Positions 1-8,657 of a stretch of 55,187 nt of DNA are shown here, one piece after another. This stretch comes from Gammaproteobacteria bacterium (GTDB lineage Bacteria > Pseudomonadota > Gammaproteobacteria > Steroidobacterales > Steroidobacteraceae): positions 1-55,187 of the forward strand of contig JAATEY010000004.1 in NCBI GenBank assembly GCA_015655465.1, written 5' to 3'. Numbering within the stretch: the stretch's first letter is position 1; every line of letters starts with the position of its first letter. The position numbers and the translations under genes are program-made. Under the pieces are notes generated by a model that worked only from the letters and a program-made list of their open reading frames with translations, searched no databases and was not told where the DNA came from.

Positions 1-62
1 GCAACTTTTTCCCGGACGGGGGTATCTAAAGATAGGTATCGATCGCTTTCAGGGAGAAACGG

Positions 63-380
63 ATGCCCAACAAGAGACAAGCTCTCGCAACAATATTGCT
101 CGCCACCGCCGCGGTCCTGGCCCATGCGCAGGAGGACGCGAAGAAGGAACCGAAGACCGGCACAAATTATGTACCCTTCCTCTCTTCCGCCATGCCAGCG
201 CGCGGTCAGGTGCGCATGATTTTCCGCAATATCTGCGCCAGCGCGTTCCAGATCCGGGTTGAGGCCCGCGGAAACATACGGGAAAGTGGCATCGAGGCGG
301 GTTCACCCGAAAAACCGTCCAGGGCCTTCGTCCTCTGCAAGACAGATGAACGCTGCGAGGTTGCCAAGTGGCAGTACTAA
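63..380 (+). CDS. small secreted protein, unknown function
   Basis: 105-aa ORF. SD-like AGGGAGA lies just upstream of the ATG. N-terminal signal peptide (ALATILLATAAVLAHA/QED). No family recognised. Confidence 0.5.
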   Translation: MPNKRQALATILLATAAVLAHAQEDAKKEPKTGTNYVPFLSSAMPARGQVRMIFRNICASAFQIRVEARGNIRESGIEAGSPEKPSRAFVLCKTDERCEVAKWQY

Positions 381-785
381 GCAGGTCCTCCTTCACAAGC
401 AGTTGCTGATCCGCCTGGACGACGCTTGCCGGAAGCCGCCCGGCAACCTGGGCGGGAAGGACGGTTCGTAGCGTAATGCCCGCGCGGGGCGTCAGGGTGT
501 GATCTCCTGAATCTGATGCGGGGGTTTGCGTGCTGATCTCATCAACTGGTTGACGCACAAAGTGCGTCCCATGTCTGGACAGCGCAGGCCAGGCGGACTC
601 TCCCGCGATGAAGAAGCTCGTGGCCCAGCTGGAGGCGAAGGGCTACAAGGTGGAGATCTCTGCTGAATAGCCGCCGCGACTTCCGCCAACCGAATCGTAA
701 GGAATTTCGCAAAGTCATGACTGAATGGTCTGGGCTCGATATCCATGATGACGGATGGCTCCTGCAATAGTTTCTGGACCCACCA

Positions 786-3458
786 ATGACACAGTTATGC
801 ACAAGGATGTGTTGTCTGCTGGCCGGGATTGCCTGCCTGATTGTGCAATGGCCCGCGCGCGGGGCCGATGAACCTGGCAGTCAGACTGCCCAGCCCGCGT
901 CGCCAGAAACCGAATCACCGGCAGTCGCGCAAGCAGATACGGAAGGACTGGATCAGCTTGAAGAAGTCATCATCTACGGCACCAATGGCAAGCTGGTGGC
1001 TGGCCTGCAGCCCGAATCCGAGGTCGACGCAGCAGGCATCGCTGCCTACGGCGCGAATACCGTAGGCGACCTGCTGAGCCAGGTTGCCCCGGATGTCGAC
1101 GGCAGCGAACAGGGGCCGGTCATCCTGATCAACGGCAAGCCGGCCAATGGCATCCGCAGTGTGAATGATCTGCCGCCAGAAGCGATCAGGAAACTGCAGG
1201 TGCTGCCACCGCAGGCTGCCGGAGCCATCGGCGAGAGCCCCACGCGTCGCGTGATCAACGTGGTCCTGAAGCCCCAGCTTCGTCAGGGCACCGGCAATCT
1301 CACCGTGCGCGGCGCCACGGCGGGGCAGGGTTTCGGCGGCAACACCAATGTCAGCATGCTGCAACTGAACGGCAACAACATCCGCAATCTCTCGGTGTAT
1401 GCCTCCCGCACCGAGCCATTGCTCGAAGCCCATCGCGGCATCGTGAACCAGCCAGCCGGTCTGCCGTATGACCTCATCGGCAATGTGCTGCCCTGGCCCA
1501 GCGGTGGTGGCGAGATCGATCCGGGCTTGTCCTCGCTCGCCGGACGCACGGTAACCGTGGCCGGCGTTCCGGAAGGAAACACGGATCCTGCACTCGCCGA
1601 CTTCGTCCAGTTTGCCAACCTTGCCAATGTGAGCGACATGGGACGCTACCGCACGCTGGTGTCGGAGCAGAACAACTACGGCATCAACGGCAACACGGGC
1701 ATGTCGCTGCCGCATAACAGTTCGCTCAACCTCAACATGTACGTGGAACGCAATGAGTCCAGTTCGTTGACCGGAGCGACCACCACGCTGCTGCATGTGC
1801 CCGCCTCCTCGCCATTCACCCCGTTTGGTCGCGACACCGGCATTGCGCGCTATCTCGGGAGTCCACTATGGCAGCAACGCGACACCACCAATGCGAGTCT
1901 TGGCGGCAACCTCAGCACCCAGCTCGGCAGATGGCGGCTGAATCTCGACACCAACGCCAGCTGGACGCGCTCGACCACGGACAGCCAACGCCGGGTGAAT
2001 ACCGCGCCCCTGCAGGCTGCCATAGACGCAGGTTCGCTGAACCCATTCGATGTCATTCCGGATGACCTGCTGGATGATGTGCTCAGCGATCACGCGCTGG
2101 CGCGTGGCTACAACGGATCGGCGACCATGCAGATCGCAGGTGCATTGTTCGATCTGCCGGCAGGCAAGGCCAATGCCAACCTGCGCGGCGAGTGGCGCGG
2201 CAGCCGGTATCACTCCAGAACCACAGGCGTCACGAATGTCAGCAGCGACCGCGAACGCCAGGAAGAAGCCGCGTACCTGTCGATGCAGCTGCCGCTGCTC
2301 GGTACGCCGCAATCGCAGGGCATGGGCATGGGCGGCGAACTCTCCGGTTCCGCGCGCGGGACGACAGGGACCGAGACGATGTTCAACTATGGCTACGGTC
2401 TCAACTGGCGCATGGGAAACCGGGTGCAGCTGCGGGTTGGCTTCAACCGCGAACAGAACGCGCCACAACCCAGTGCGCTCAGCGATCCCCTCGTCATCAT
2501 CGATGGCTACCGCGCGTACGACTTCATCCGCCAGGAGACCGTGCTGGTCCGCTACATCACCGGCGGCAATCCGGACCTGGGCGTGGAGAAGCGGGACATC
2601 ACCCGTGTCAGCGGCACGGTTCGACCGTTCAAGCCGATCGACTTCACGCTGAACGGGGAATACCAGCGAACGATTTACCACGACGCCATATCTTCGCTGC
2701 CATCCCCGAGTGAAGAACTCCAGGCCGCATTTCCGGATCGCTTTCGGCGTGATGCAGACGGGCGCCTGTACGAGATCGATGCGCGACTGGTCTCTTTTGA
2801 CCGCAGCAAGATCGAGCAGCTGCGCTGGGGAGGCAACTTCCGGCGTACCTTCGGCTTGCCCAAGGGACCGCCGACGCCAGGTCAGGGAATGCCTGCGGGA
2901 CAGATCGTTACGGTTGGCGGTGTGTCACAGATGGTCTACATGTCGGATGGCGGCGACGATCTCTCCGGCGCCGGGTGGCGATTCAGCGCCAATTTCAACC
3001 ACACCTGGCAGCTGTCGTACAAGCGCCGGGTGCGTGATGGTCTTCCCGTGGTGAACCTGCTTTCCGGTGGCACTGGCAATGGCGCCGGGCAGTCGCGTCA
3101 CACCGTGCAATCCCGGATCGGGCTGGCGTACAACGGTACGGGCATGCAGCTCAACGCGAACTGGAAGAGCCGCACCCATATCATTGCCGGCACCGTGAGC
3201 GCGCCGAATGACATCGTGTTCAGCCCTTTCCTGCGCTTCGATCTCCAGGCCTTCGCCAATCTGGGCACGGTGCTGCCCAACAACAAGCTCGCGCAGGGCG
3301 TGCGCATTTCACTCAACGTCGACAACCTGTTCGATTCCAGGCAGCGCGTCCAGGACCAGAATGGCTTCACGCCCCTGCGTTACCAGCCATACCTGCTCAA
3401 CCCGCTGGGGCGGGTGGTGTCGCTGTCCTTCCGCAAGGCGTTCACGGCGAACAAGTGA
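786..3458 (+). CDS. TonB-dependent outer-membrane receptor
   Basis: 890-aa ORF with a signal peptide, a plug-type lead-in (LDQLEEVIIYGTNGK) and a long Gly/Asn/Tyr/Arg-rich beta-barrel-type body. C-terminal beta-signal-like SLSFRKAF is followed by 4 extra residues (TANK). Confidence 0.85.
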   Translation: MTQLCTRMCCLLAGIACLIVQWPARGADEPGSQTAQPASPETESPAVAQADTEGLDQLEEVIIYGTNGKLVAGLQPESEVDAAGIAAYGANTVGDLLSQVAPDVDGSEQGPVILINGKPANGIRSVNDLPPEAIRKLQVLPPQAAGAIGESPTRRVINVVLKPQLRQGTGNLTVRGATAGQGFGGNTNVSMLQLNGNNIRNLSVYASRTEPLLEAHRGIVNQPAGLPYDLIGNVLPWPSGGGEIDPGLSSLAGRTVTVAGVPEGNTDPALADFVQFANLANVSDMGRYRTLVSEQNNYGINGNTGMSLPHNSSLNLNMYVERNESSSLTGATTTLLHVPASSPFTPFGRDTGIARYLGSPLWQQRDTTNASLGGNLSTQLGRWRLNLDTNASWTRSTTDSQRRVNTAPLQAAIDAGSLNPFDVIPDDLLDDVLSDHALARGYNGSATMQIAGALFDLPAGKANANLRGEWRGSRYHSRTTGVTNVSSDRERQEEAAYLSMQLPLLGTPQSQGMGMGGELSGSARGTTGTETMFNYGYGLNWRMGNRVQLRVGFNREQNAPQPSALSDPLVIIDGYRAYDFIRQETVLVRYITGGNPDLGVEKRDITRVSGTVRPFKPIDFTLNGEYQRTIYHDAISSLPSPSEELQAAFPDRFRRDADGRLYEIDARLVSFDRSKIEQLRWGGNFRRTFGLPKGPPTPGQGMPAGQIVTVGGVSQMVYMSDGGDDLSGAGWRFSANFNHTWQLSYKRRVRDGLPVVNLLSGGTGNGAGQSRHTVQSRIGLAYNGTGMQLNANWKSRTHIIAGTVSAPNDIVFSPFLRFDLQAFANLGTVLPNNKLAQGVRISLNVDNLFDSRQRVQDQNGFTPLRYQPYLLNPLGRVVSLSFRKAFTANK

Positions 3459-3531
3459 TGGTGGTCGCCCCTGCGGGACGGGCAATTGGCATATCCTGTC
3501 CGCCTTTCTTGCAACGGGAATCTGCAGCGCA

Positions 3532-4962
3532 ATGGTCGATACGAAACTCTTCTACATCAACGGCAAGTGGACCCCGCCCGCCACTCCGAAAGTGCTTGAT
3601 GTCGAGAATCCGGCGACGGAACAGGTGATCGCGCAGGTCAGCCTGGGAAGCCAGGCCGATGTCGATCGCGCGGTGGCTGCAGCACGCGTCGCCTTCGACT
3701 CCTTCTCGCAGACCACCCCCGCGGAGCGTGTTGCCCTGCTCGAGCGCATCGTCGCCGAGTACAACCGGCGTGCGCCGGATCTCGTCAGCGCCGTCACAGC
3801 CGAGATGGGCGCCCCGACCTGGCTGGCCCGCGATGCGCAGGTGCCGCTGGGTGCCGTGCATTTCACGCAGGCGATCGCGGCGCTCAAGACCTATCAGTTC
3901 GAACGCCAGTTCGGCACCTCCCTCGTGCGCCGCGAACCTGTCGGCGTGTGCGCCCTCATCACGCCCTGGAACTGGCCGCTGTACCAGATCGGCTGCAAGG
4001 TCGCCGCGGCCCTCGCTGCGGGCTGCACGATGGTGCTGAAGCCCAGTGAACTCGCGCCTCTGGATGCCATCATCTTCGCCGAAGTGCTCGATGCCGCCGG
4101 TGTGCCGGCGGGCGTGTTCAACCTGATCAATGGCGACGGACCGACGGTGGGCGTGGCGCTCTCCACCCACAAGGACATCGACATGGTGTCGTTCACGGGT
4201 TCGACCCGGGCCGGCATCGACGTGGCCCGCAATGCCGCGTCCACAGTGAAGCGGGTGGCCCAGGAGCTGGGCGGCAAGTCGGCGAACATACTGCTCGACG
4301 ATGCGGACCTGGAGACGTTCGTGCCGCAGGGCGTGCAGGGGGTCTTCATGAATTCCGGCCAGGCCTGCGCCTGCCCGTCGCGCATGCTGGTGCCGCAGCA
4401 CTTGCATGACGAAGTGGTGCGGCTCGAGAAGGCCTCCGCGCAAGGCACAGTGGTTGGCGATCCACTCAAGGATGGCGTCAAGGTGGGTCCGCTCGTGAGC
4501 AGGGCGCAATTCGATCGCGTGCAGGGTTACATCGGGAAGGGCATCGAAGAGGGCGCGACCCTGGTGACCGGTGGACCCGGCAAGCCCGAGGGTCTCGCAA
4601 CCGGTCACTTCGCGCGCCCCACCATCTTTGCGAATGTCCGCAATGACATGGCGATCGCCCGGGAGGAAATCTTCGGGCCGGTGCTCGTCATCATCCCGTA
4701 CCGGGACGAGGAAGACGCGGTCCGCATCGCGAACGACTCGCAGTATGGCCTCTCGGGTTTCGTGGTCTCGAAAGACCTGGAGCGCGCGCGCAAGGTCGCG
4801 AAGCGTATCCGTACCGGCCAGGTCCGGCTGAATGGCGCGAAGCACGACTTCTCCGCGCCGTTCGGTGGCTACAAGTATTCGGGCAACGGTCGCGAGTTCG
4901 GCGTGTTGGGCATCGAGGAGTTCCTCGAGGCCAAGTCGATCTGCGGATGCTTCGCGGCCTAG
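3532..4962 (+). CDS. NAD(P)+-dependent aldehyde dehydrogenase family protein
   Basis: ORF-track frame 3208..4962 trimmed to ATG 3532 (MVDTKLFYINGKW...). ALDH motifs ELGGKS, FMNSGQACACP (catalytic Cys) and PFGGYKYSGNGRE. Confidence 0.9.
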   Translation: MVDTKLFYINGKWTPPATPKVLDVENPATEQVIAQVSLGSQADVDRAVAAARVAFDSFSQTTPAERVALLERIVAEYNRRAPDLVSAVTAEMGAPTWLARDAQVPLGAVHFTQAIAALKTYQFERQFGTSLVRREPVGVCALITPWNWPLYQIGCKVAAALAAGCTMVLKPSELAPLDAIIFAEVLDAAGVPAGVFNLINGDGPTVGVALSTHKDIDMVSFTGSTRAGIDVARNAASTVKRVAQELGGKSANILLDDADLETFVPQGVQGVFMNSGQACACPSRMLVPQHLHDEVVRLEKASAQGTVVGDPLKDGVKVGPLVSRAQFDRVQGYIGKGIEEGATLVTGGPGKPEGLATGHFARPTIFANVRNDMAIAREEIFGPVLVIIPYRDEEDAVRIANDSQYGLSGFVVSKDLERARKVAKRIRTGQVRLNGAKHDFSAPFGGYKYSGNGREFGVLGIEEFLEAKSICGCFAA

Positions 4963-5109
4963 CGCCGATAGTCCCGCAGCACTGTCATGCGCAACTGCTC
5001 GAACAGGGTCTTGCCGTACTCAGTCAGGATTGTCTTTGATGCGACGCGGAAAGTGCCAGGTGCGCTGACCATCCAGGGGAAGCGACGCGGAGGCGTCAAA
5101 GGACCAGTC

Positions 5110-6318
5110 ATGATCCAGCGTCAGATGGGCATGTTGAATTCATTGTGGATGCTGTGCCTGCTTGCCGCGATGGCTGCAGGCGGCGCGGGGGCGGCTGAAT
5201 CCCCGGCCGATGTCGCGCTCGCCTCTGATCTGTTCCAGCGGGGTGACGTAGTGGGAGCCTTGCCAGTCTACGAGCGGCTGGCCGCGGCCGAGCCCGCGAA
5301 CGTCGTGTATGCGGAGCGCCTGACGATCTGCCTTGCCGCACAGCTGACACTCCTGCCCGCCGGCAAGGAGCGCGAGGAGTTGCTCACCCGCATCCACGCC
5401 GCGGCCGAACGAGCCACGGCGCTGGGCAGCAAGAACACCATCCTGCCTGGGCTGCTTGCGTGGCTGCAAACCGATGCCGCCCATACACCGGATCCCCAGG
5501 TGGAGGAACTGCGACAGGCGGAGACGGCCTTCGGCAAGGGAGATCTTGATGGCGCGCTGGTGGCCTACAAGGCGATCGCCGCGAAGAATCCGGGCTCGTA
5601 CGCCGCGCATCTTTATGCCGGCGATGTGTATTACCGAAAAGGCGATCTGGCGGCCGCGTCCGAGTGGTTCGGCAAGGCAATCGCGATCAATCCCAATGTC
5701 GAGACGGCATACCGGTACTGGGGCGATGCACTCGCCAAAGCGGGAGACGACAAGGCCGCGCTGCCGTACTACATCCGTGCGGTGGTGGCCGAACCCTACA
5801 ATCAGACCGCGCTCGGCGGCTTGCGGGCCTGGGCAAAACGAACTGGCGCCGGGCTGCAGCCACCGCAATTGCCCAGGCCGCAGGTGGGCCTGAAGGACGA
5901 CGGGACGGGCAAGGGTGCACAACCGAGCATCACCCTGGACCAGAACATGATGTCGGACAAGCGCGCGGGCGCGGCCTGGCTGGCCTATGCCATGAACCGC
6001 ATCGTATGGATGAGAGGCAAGTACCTGGAGCGCAATCGCGGGGCCGCTGCGTACCGCCACTCGCTGGAAGAGGAGGTGGAGTCGCTGCGCATGGCTGCCG
6101 AGGTCATTCAGAAGGATCTGCCGGATGCCGCGCAGCTTCCGGCATTGCGGGATCTGGTGCGCCTGTCCCAGGACGGCATGCTCGAACCATATGTGCTGCT
6201 GAATGGGGTTGATCAGGGTATTGCACAGGACTATCCCGCCTACCGCGAGGGGCACCGCGAGCAGATCGCAGCATTCATCGACAAATACCTGGTGGCAAGG
6301 CCGGAGGCCGGCAAGTAG
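5110..6318 (+). CDS. secreted TPR-repeat protein
   Basis: Frame 4987..6318 trimmed to ATG 5110 (MIQRQMGMLNSLWMLCLLAAMAAGGAGAAESP signal peptide). TPR-like repeats (GDLDGALVAYKAIAAKNP, AHLYAGDVYYRKGDLAAASEWFGKAIAINP). Confidence 0.7.
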   Translation: MIQRQMGMLNSLWMLCLLAAMAAGGAGAAESPADVALASDLFQRGDVVGALPVYERLAAAEPANVVYAERLTICLAAQLTLLPAGKEREELLTRIHAAAERATALGSKNTILPGLLAWLQTDAAHTPDPQVEELRQAETAFGKGDLDGALVAYKAIAAKNPGSYAAHLYAGDVYYRKGDLAAASEWFGKAIAINPNVETAYRYWGDALAKAGDDKAALPYYIRAVVAEPYNQTALGGLRAWAKRTGAGLQPPQLPRPQVGLKDDGTGKGAQPSITLDQNMMSDKRAGAAWLAYAMNRIVWMRGKYLERNRGAAAYRHSLEEEVESLRMAAEVIQKDLPDAAQLPALRDLVRLSQDGMLEPYVLLNGVDQGIAQDYPAYREGHREQIAAFIDKYLVARPEAGK

Positions 6319-6424
6319 CCTCGTCCGGATACGCGCCCCGGGTGCTGCATCAGCCGGATATCGACCGCGGGCTGGAGCAGGGCGCTCGGACAGCAAGGCC
6401 CGTTTTGATAACGAGACTAAATTA

Positions 6425-6453
6425 TTGACATGAGACAAATGCCTCATTAGAAT
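6425..6453 (+). promoter_or_regulatory. sigma-70-type promoter with embedded palindromic operator (snoaL-tetR operon)
   Basis: TTGACA (6425-6430), 17-nt spacer, TAGAAT (6448-6453). Imperfect palindrome ATGAGACAA|ATGCCTCAT (6430-6447) fills the spacer. A near-identical element occurs at 7737-7765. Confidence 0.7.
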
Positions 6454-6497
6454 CCACGCCGGATGTCGCAGGAAGCGACTGCCAGCGCGAGGAGCCC

Positions 6498-6920
6498 ATG
6501 TCACTGACCGCAAATCAAATGGATCGCCGGCTCGACGAACACTTCGGCTACGAGGCGCGGGACGACGTCGAAGGCGTGCTTGCAACGCTGGCGCCGGACG
6601 TCGTGCACGACATTGTCGGCTCGCCCACCGGCCCGACACAGGGACGCGAAGCCGCGCGCGGCTTCTACATGCAGCTGTTCGCCGACCTTTCCGAAGGCAG
6701 TGTGCAGTCACTGCGTCGCCTGCACGGCGCGAACTTCATCGTCGACGAATCCTTGTGGCGCGGCACCGCGCCCGGTCGGCCGTTCGGCGTTGAAGGGCTG
6801 GGGCGTCCCCTCGAGTTCCGGCTGCTGCATGTCATGGAGTTTGCCGAGTGCGGCGACATCGCGCGCGAGAACGTCTGGGTCGATATGGCGGCCATCCTGC
6901 GCCAGTTGCCGGCCGTCTGA
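6498..6920 (+). CDS. SnoaL-like / NTF2-fold protein
   Basis: 140-aa ORF with GAGGAG SD upstream. Size and pattern typical of SnoaL-like polyketide cyclase/ketosteroid isomerase-fold proteins. Immediately followed by the tetR gene. Confidence 0.65.
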   Translation: MSLTANQMDRRLDEHFGYEARDDVEGVLATLAPDVVHDIVGSPTGPTQGREAARGFYMQLFADLSEGSVQSLRRLHGANFIVDESLWRGTAPGRPFGVEGLGRPLEFRLLHVMEFAECGDIARENVWVDMAAILRQLPAV

Positions 6921-6921
6921 G

Positions 6922-7533
6922 GTGGTGGCTGCCAACAAGGGTCGCCCTCACCAGCGGCTGCGGACGCGAAAGGACCTGCTGCAGGCCGCCGCGCGGTTGA
7001 TGCGGCAGGGCGGCAAGCCCAGCCTGGAGGACGTGGCCGCCGACGCCATGGTGTCGCGCGCCACCGCATACCGCTATTTCCCCGACATCGGCGCGCTGCT
7101 CGCGGAGGCGTCGCTGGACGTCGACGTGCCCGATGCCGAAACCCTGTTCGCTGGCGAGACCACGCAGGATCCGGTGGTGCGGCTGGAGATAGTCGACCAG
7201 GCACTGCACCAAGCCGTAGTGGAGCACGAACCGCAGATGCGCCGGATGCTGGCCCACGCGGTCACCCGCAGTCTCGACATCCCGCCTGGTGACGCCATAC
7301 CGCCCCGACAGAACCGCCGCCTGCCGCTGATCGACGCCGCGCTGGCGCCGGCCCGCGCGCAGTTTGGTCCCGCCGCGCTGCGCCGGCTCGAATACGCACT
7401 GGCGTTGATCGTCGGAACCGAAGGTGTGATCGTCGCCAAGGATGTGCTGCGCATCAATGACGCAGAAGCGCGTCGGGTGAAGCGCTGGGCCATCCGCGCA
7501 CTCGTTGAGGCAGCGCGCAAACCGAATCGCTGA
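6922..7533 (+). CDS. TetR/AcrR family transcriptional regulator
   Basis: GTG start 2 nt after the snoaL stop. N-terminal HTH (RTRKDLLQAAARLMRQGGKPSLEDVAADAMVSRATAYRYFPD). About 203 aa, typical TetR size. Confidence 0.85.
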   Translation: MVAANKGRPHQRLRTRKDLLQAAARLMRQGGKPSLEDVAADAMVSRATAYRYFPDIGALLAEASLDVDVPDAETLFAGETTQDPVVRLEIVDQALHQAVVEHEPQMRRMLAHAVTRSLDIPPGDAIPPRQNRRLPLIDAALAPARAQFGPAALRRLEYALALIVGTEGVIVAKDVLRINDAEARRVKRWAIRALVEAARKPNR

Positions 7534-7736
7534 CCTGTCCGCGGCTGCGATTCCCTGGGCATCCATCGGCCCATATCCACGGCACGAACCGCGCCGCTGA
7601 CGACGGCGTCATCATCGCCGCCGCGTTGACCCAATCGTCCATCGCCGCCGTGCAAGGCGATCCCTGAACTGCGTACCAGAGCGGCGTCGCCCGCCACGAA
7701 CAAGTGCGTGCCAACAAAATAAATAATACTAAAGTA

Positions 7737-7765
7737 TTGACATGAGATAATTGTCTCATTAGATT
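7737..7765 (+). promoter_or_regulatory. sigma-70-type promoter with embedded palindromic operator (membrane-protein gene)
   Basis: TTGACA (7737-7742), 17-nt spacer, TAGATT (7760-7765). 18-bp palindrome ATGAGATAA|TTGTCTCAT (7742-7759). Paralogous to 6425-6453. Confidence 0.7.
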
Positions 7766-7826
7766 TCGGCCCGTGCCGGCCGGGAATCTGCCGCCAATCC
7801 AACAAATCCGAAGGAGGAACCTGTTC

Positions 7827-8630
7827 ATGAATGCCATTGCGGAATCGATCGCTGCTGCGCCGCCACTGTCGAGGCGGATTGCCGAGCGCCATGTGTTCGT
7901 CTTCATGACCGCGATGTTCGTCGCGCTCACGCTGGCGGGCTTAGTGCCGTCTTCACTTGCCAAGATCAACGCCGTGCAAACCGGCCAGAGGCCACCGTTC
8001 CCGGTGGAACTGCACGTGCATGCGGCAGTGATGGGCTCCTGGCTGCTGCTGCTGTTGACGCAGTCCGTGCTCATTGCGCGCGGTCGACGTGCCATGCACC
8101 GCATGCTGGGAATCCTTGGCGCGCTGCTGTTGCCGGCTATCGTCGTCAGCGGCGTGCTGCTGATTGCAGTCACGTGGAAGGGACTCTGGGGCCCTGCGGC
8201 GGCGGCGATGCCTGCGGCCGTGCTTGCGGAAACCCGGACGTTCGTCACGAACATCCTGCTGCTGCAGGGGAGGGCCCTGATCGTCTTTGCGGCCTTCGTT
8301 GCCTGGGCACTGTGGGTTCGCCGCACCGACCCGGATTCACACAGGAGGCTGATGATCCTGGGTACAGCGGTACCCCTGGTCGCAGGCCTTGACCGTCTGA
8401 CTACCACGCTGGGATGGACGACCATGCCGGTCAGCCCTCTGGCGCTCGACCTCTACATGATGGCGAGCGTGCTGCCATTGGTGGCCTGGGATCTGCTGCG
8501 CCACAGGCAGGTCCATCGCACCTCGCGGGTGTGGCTCGCCGTGAATCTGCCTCTGGCCTTCGTCACCAACCTGTTGTGGAGTTCCGACTGGTGGCTCGCC
8601 GCAGCGCCGCGGTTGCTCGGCGTGGCCTGA
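7827..8630 (+). CDS. polytopic inner-membrane protein, unknown function
   Basis: Frame 7773..8630 trimmed to ATG 7827, preceded by AAGGAGGA. About 7 hydrophobic segments. Sits downstream of the second TetR-type operator. Confidence 0.7.
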   Translation: MNAIAESIAAAPPLSRRIAERHVFVFMTAMFVALTLAGLVPSSLAKINAVQTGQRPPFPVELHVHAAVMGSWLLLLLTQSVLIARGRRAMHRMLGILGALLLPAIVVSGVLLIAVTWKGLWGPAAAAMPAAVLAETRTFVTNILLLQGRALIVFAAFVAWALWVRRTDPDSHRRLMILGTAVPLVAGLDRLTTTLGWTTMPVSPLALDLYMMASVLPLVAWDLLRHRQVHRTSRVWLAVNLPLAFVTNLLWSSDWWLAAAPRLLGVA

Positions 8631-8657
8631 CGCGGCGCTGGATGTCCGCAACCCGTC

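Noticed and set aside
440-610. Possible cobalamin riboswitch upstream of the TonB-dependent receptor (GGGAAGGACGGTT..., GCCCGC, GCCAGGCGGACTCTCCC resembling a B12 box).
   Set aside because: Only fragments of the consensus are present. There is no ACTG(T) after CCCGC and the B12-box match is poor. The element would end ~180 nt before the start codon. The receptor (890 aa) is not BtuB-sized. A covariance-model scan (Rfam RF00174) would settle it.
608-670. 20-aa ORF MKKLVAQLEAKGYKVEISAE, resembling the N-terminus of HicA-type toxins or the C-terminus of some recombinases.
   Set aside because: It is far too short for any assignment. No partner gene, no SD and no extended similarity in the neighbouring frames.
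3435-3458. The TonB-dependent receptor ends ...SLSFRKAF-TANK instead of with a terminal aromatic residue.
   Set aside because: Short C-terminal extensions after the beta-signal do occur, and I cannot assess significance without homolog comparison. Noted only as a curiosity.
3208-3531. The 5' extension of the aldehyde dehydrogenase ORF (584 aa in the ORF track) overlapping the receptor gene's 3' end.
   Set aside because: The extension is Ser/Cys/Arg-rich nonsense that overlaps the TonB-dependent receptor coding region. The conserved ALDH N-terminus begins at ATG 3532.
4959-5072. Minus-strand 37-aa ORF MVSAPGTFRVASKTILTEYGKTLFEQLRMTVLRDYRR, reminiscent of the start of a LysR substrate-binding domain (GxLR[IV]....T...Y). 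It shares a CTAG stop with the aldehyde dehydrogenase gene.
   Set aside because: The match is short and generic. No HTH-encoding sequence lies upstream, where the region overlaps the TPR gene. It could be a tiny LysR relic, but the evidence is insufficient.
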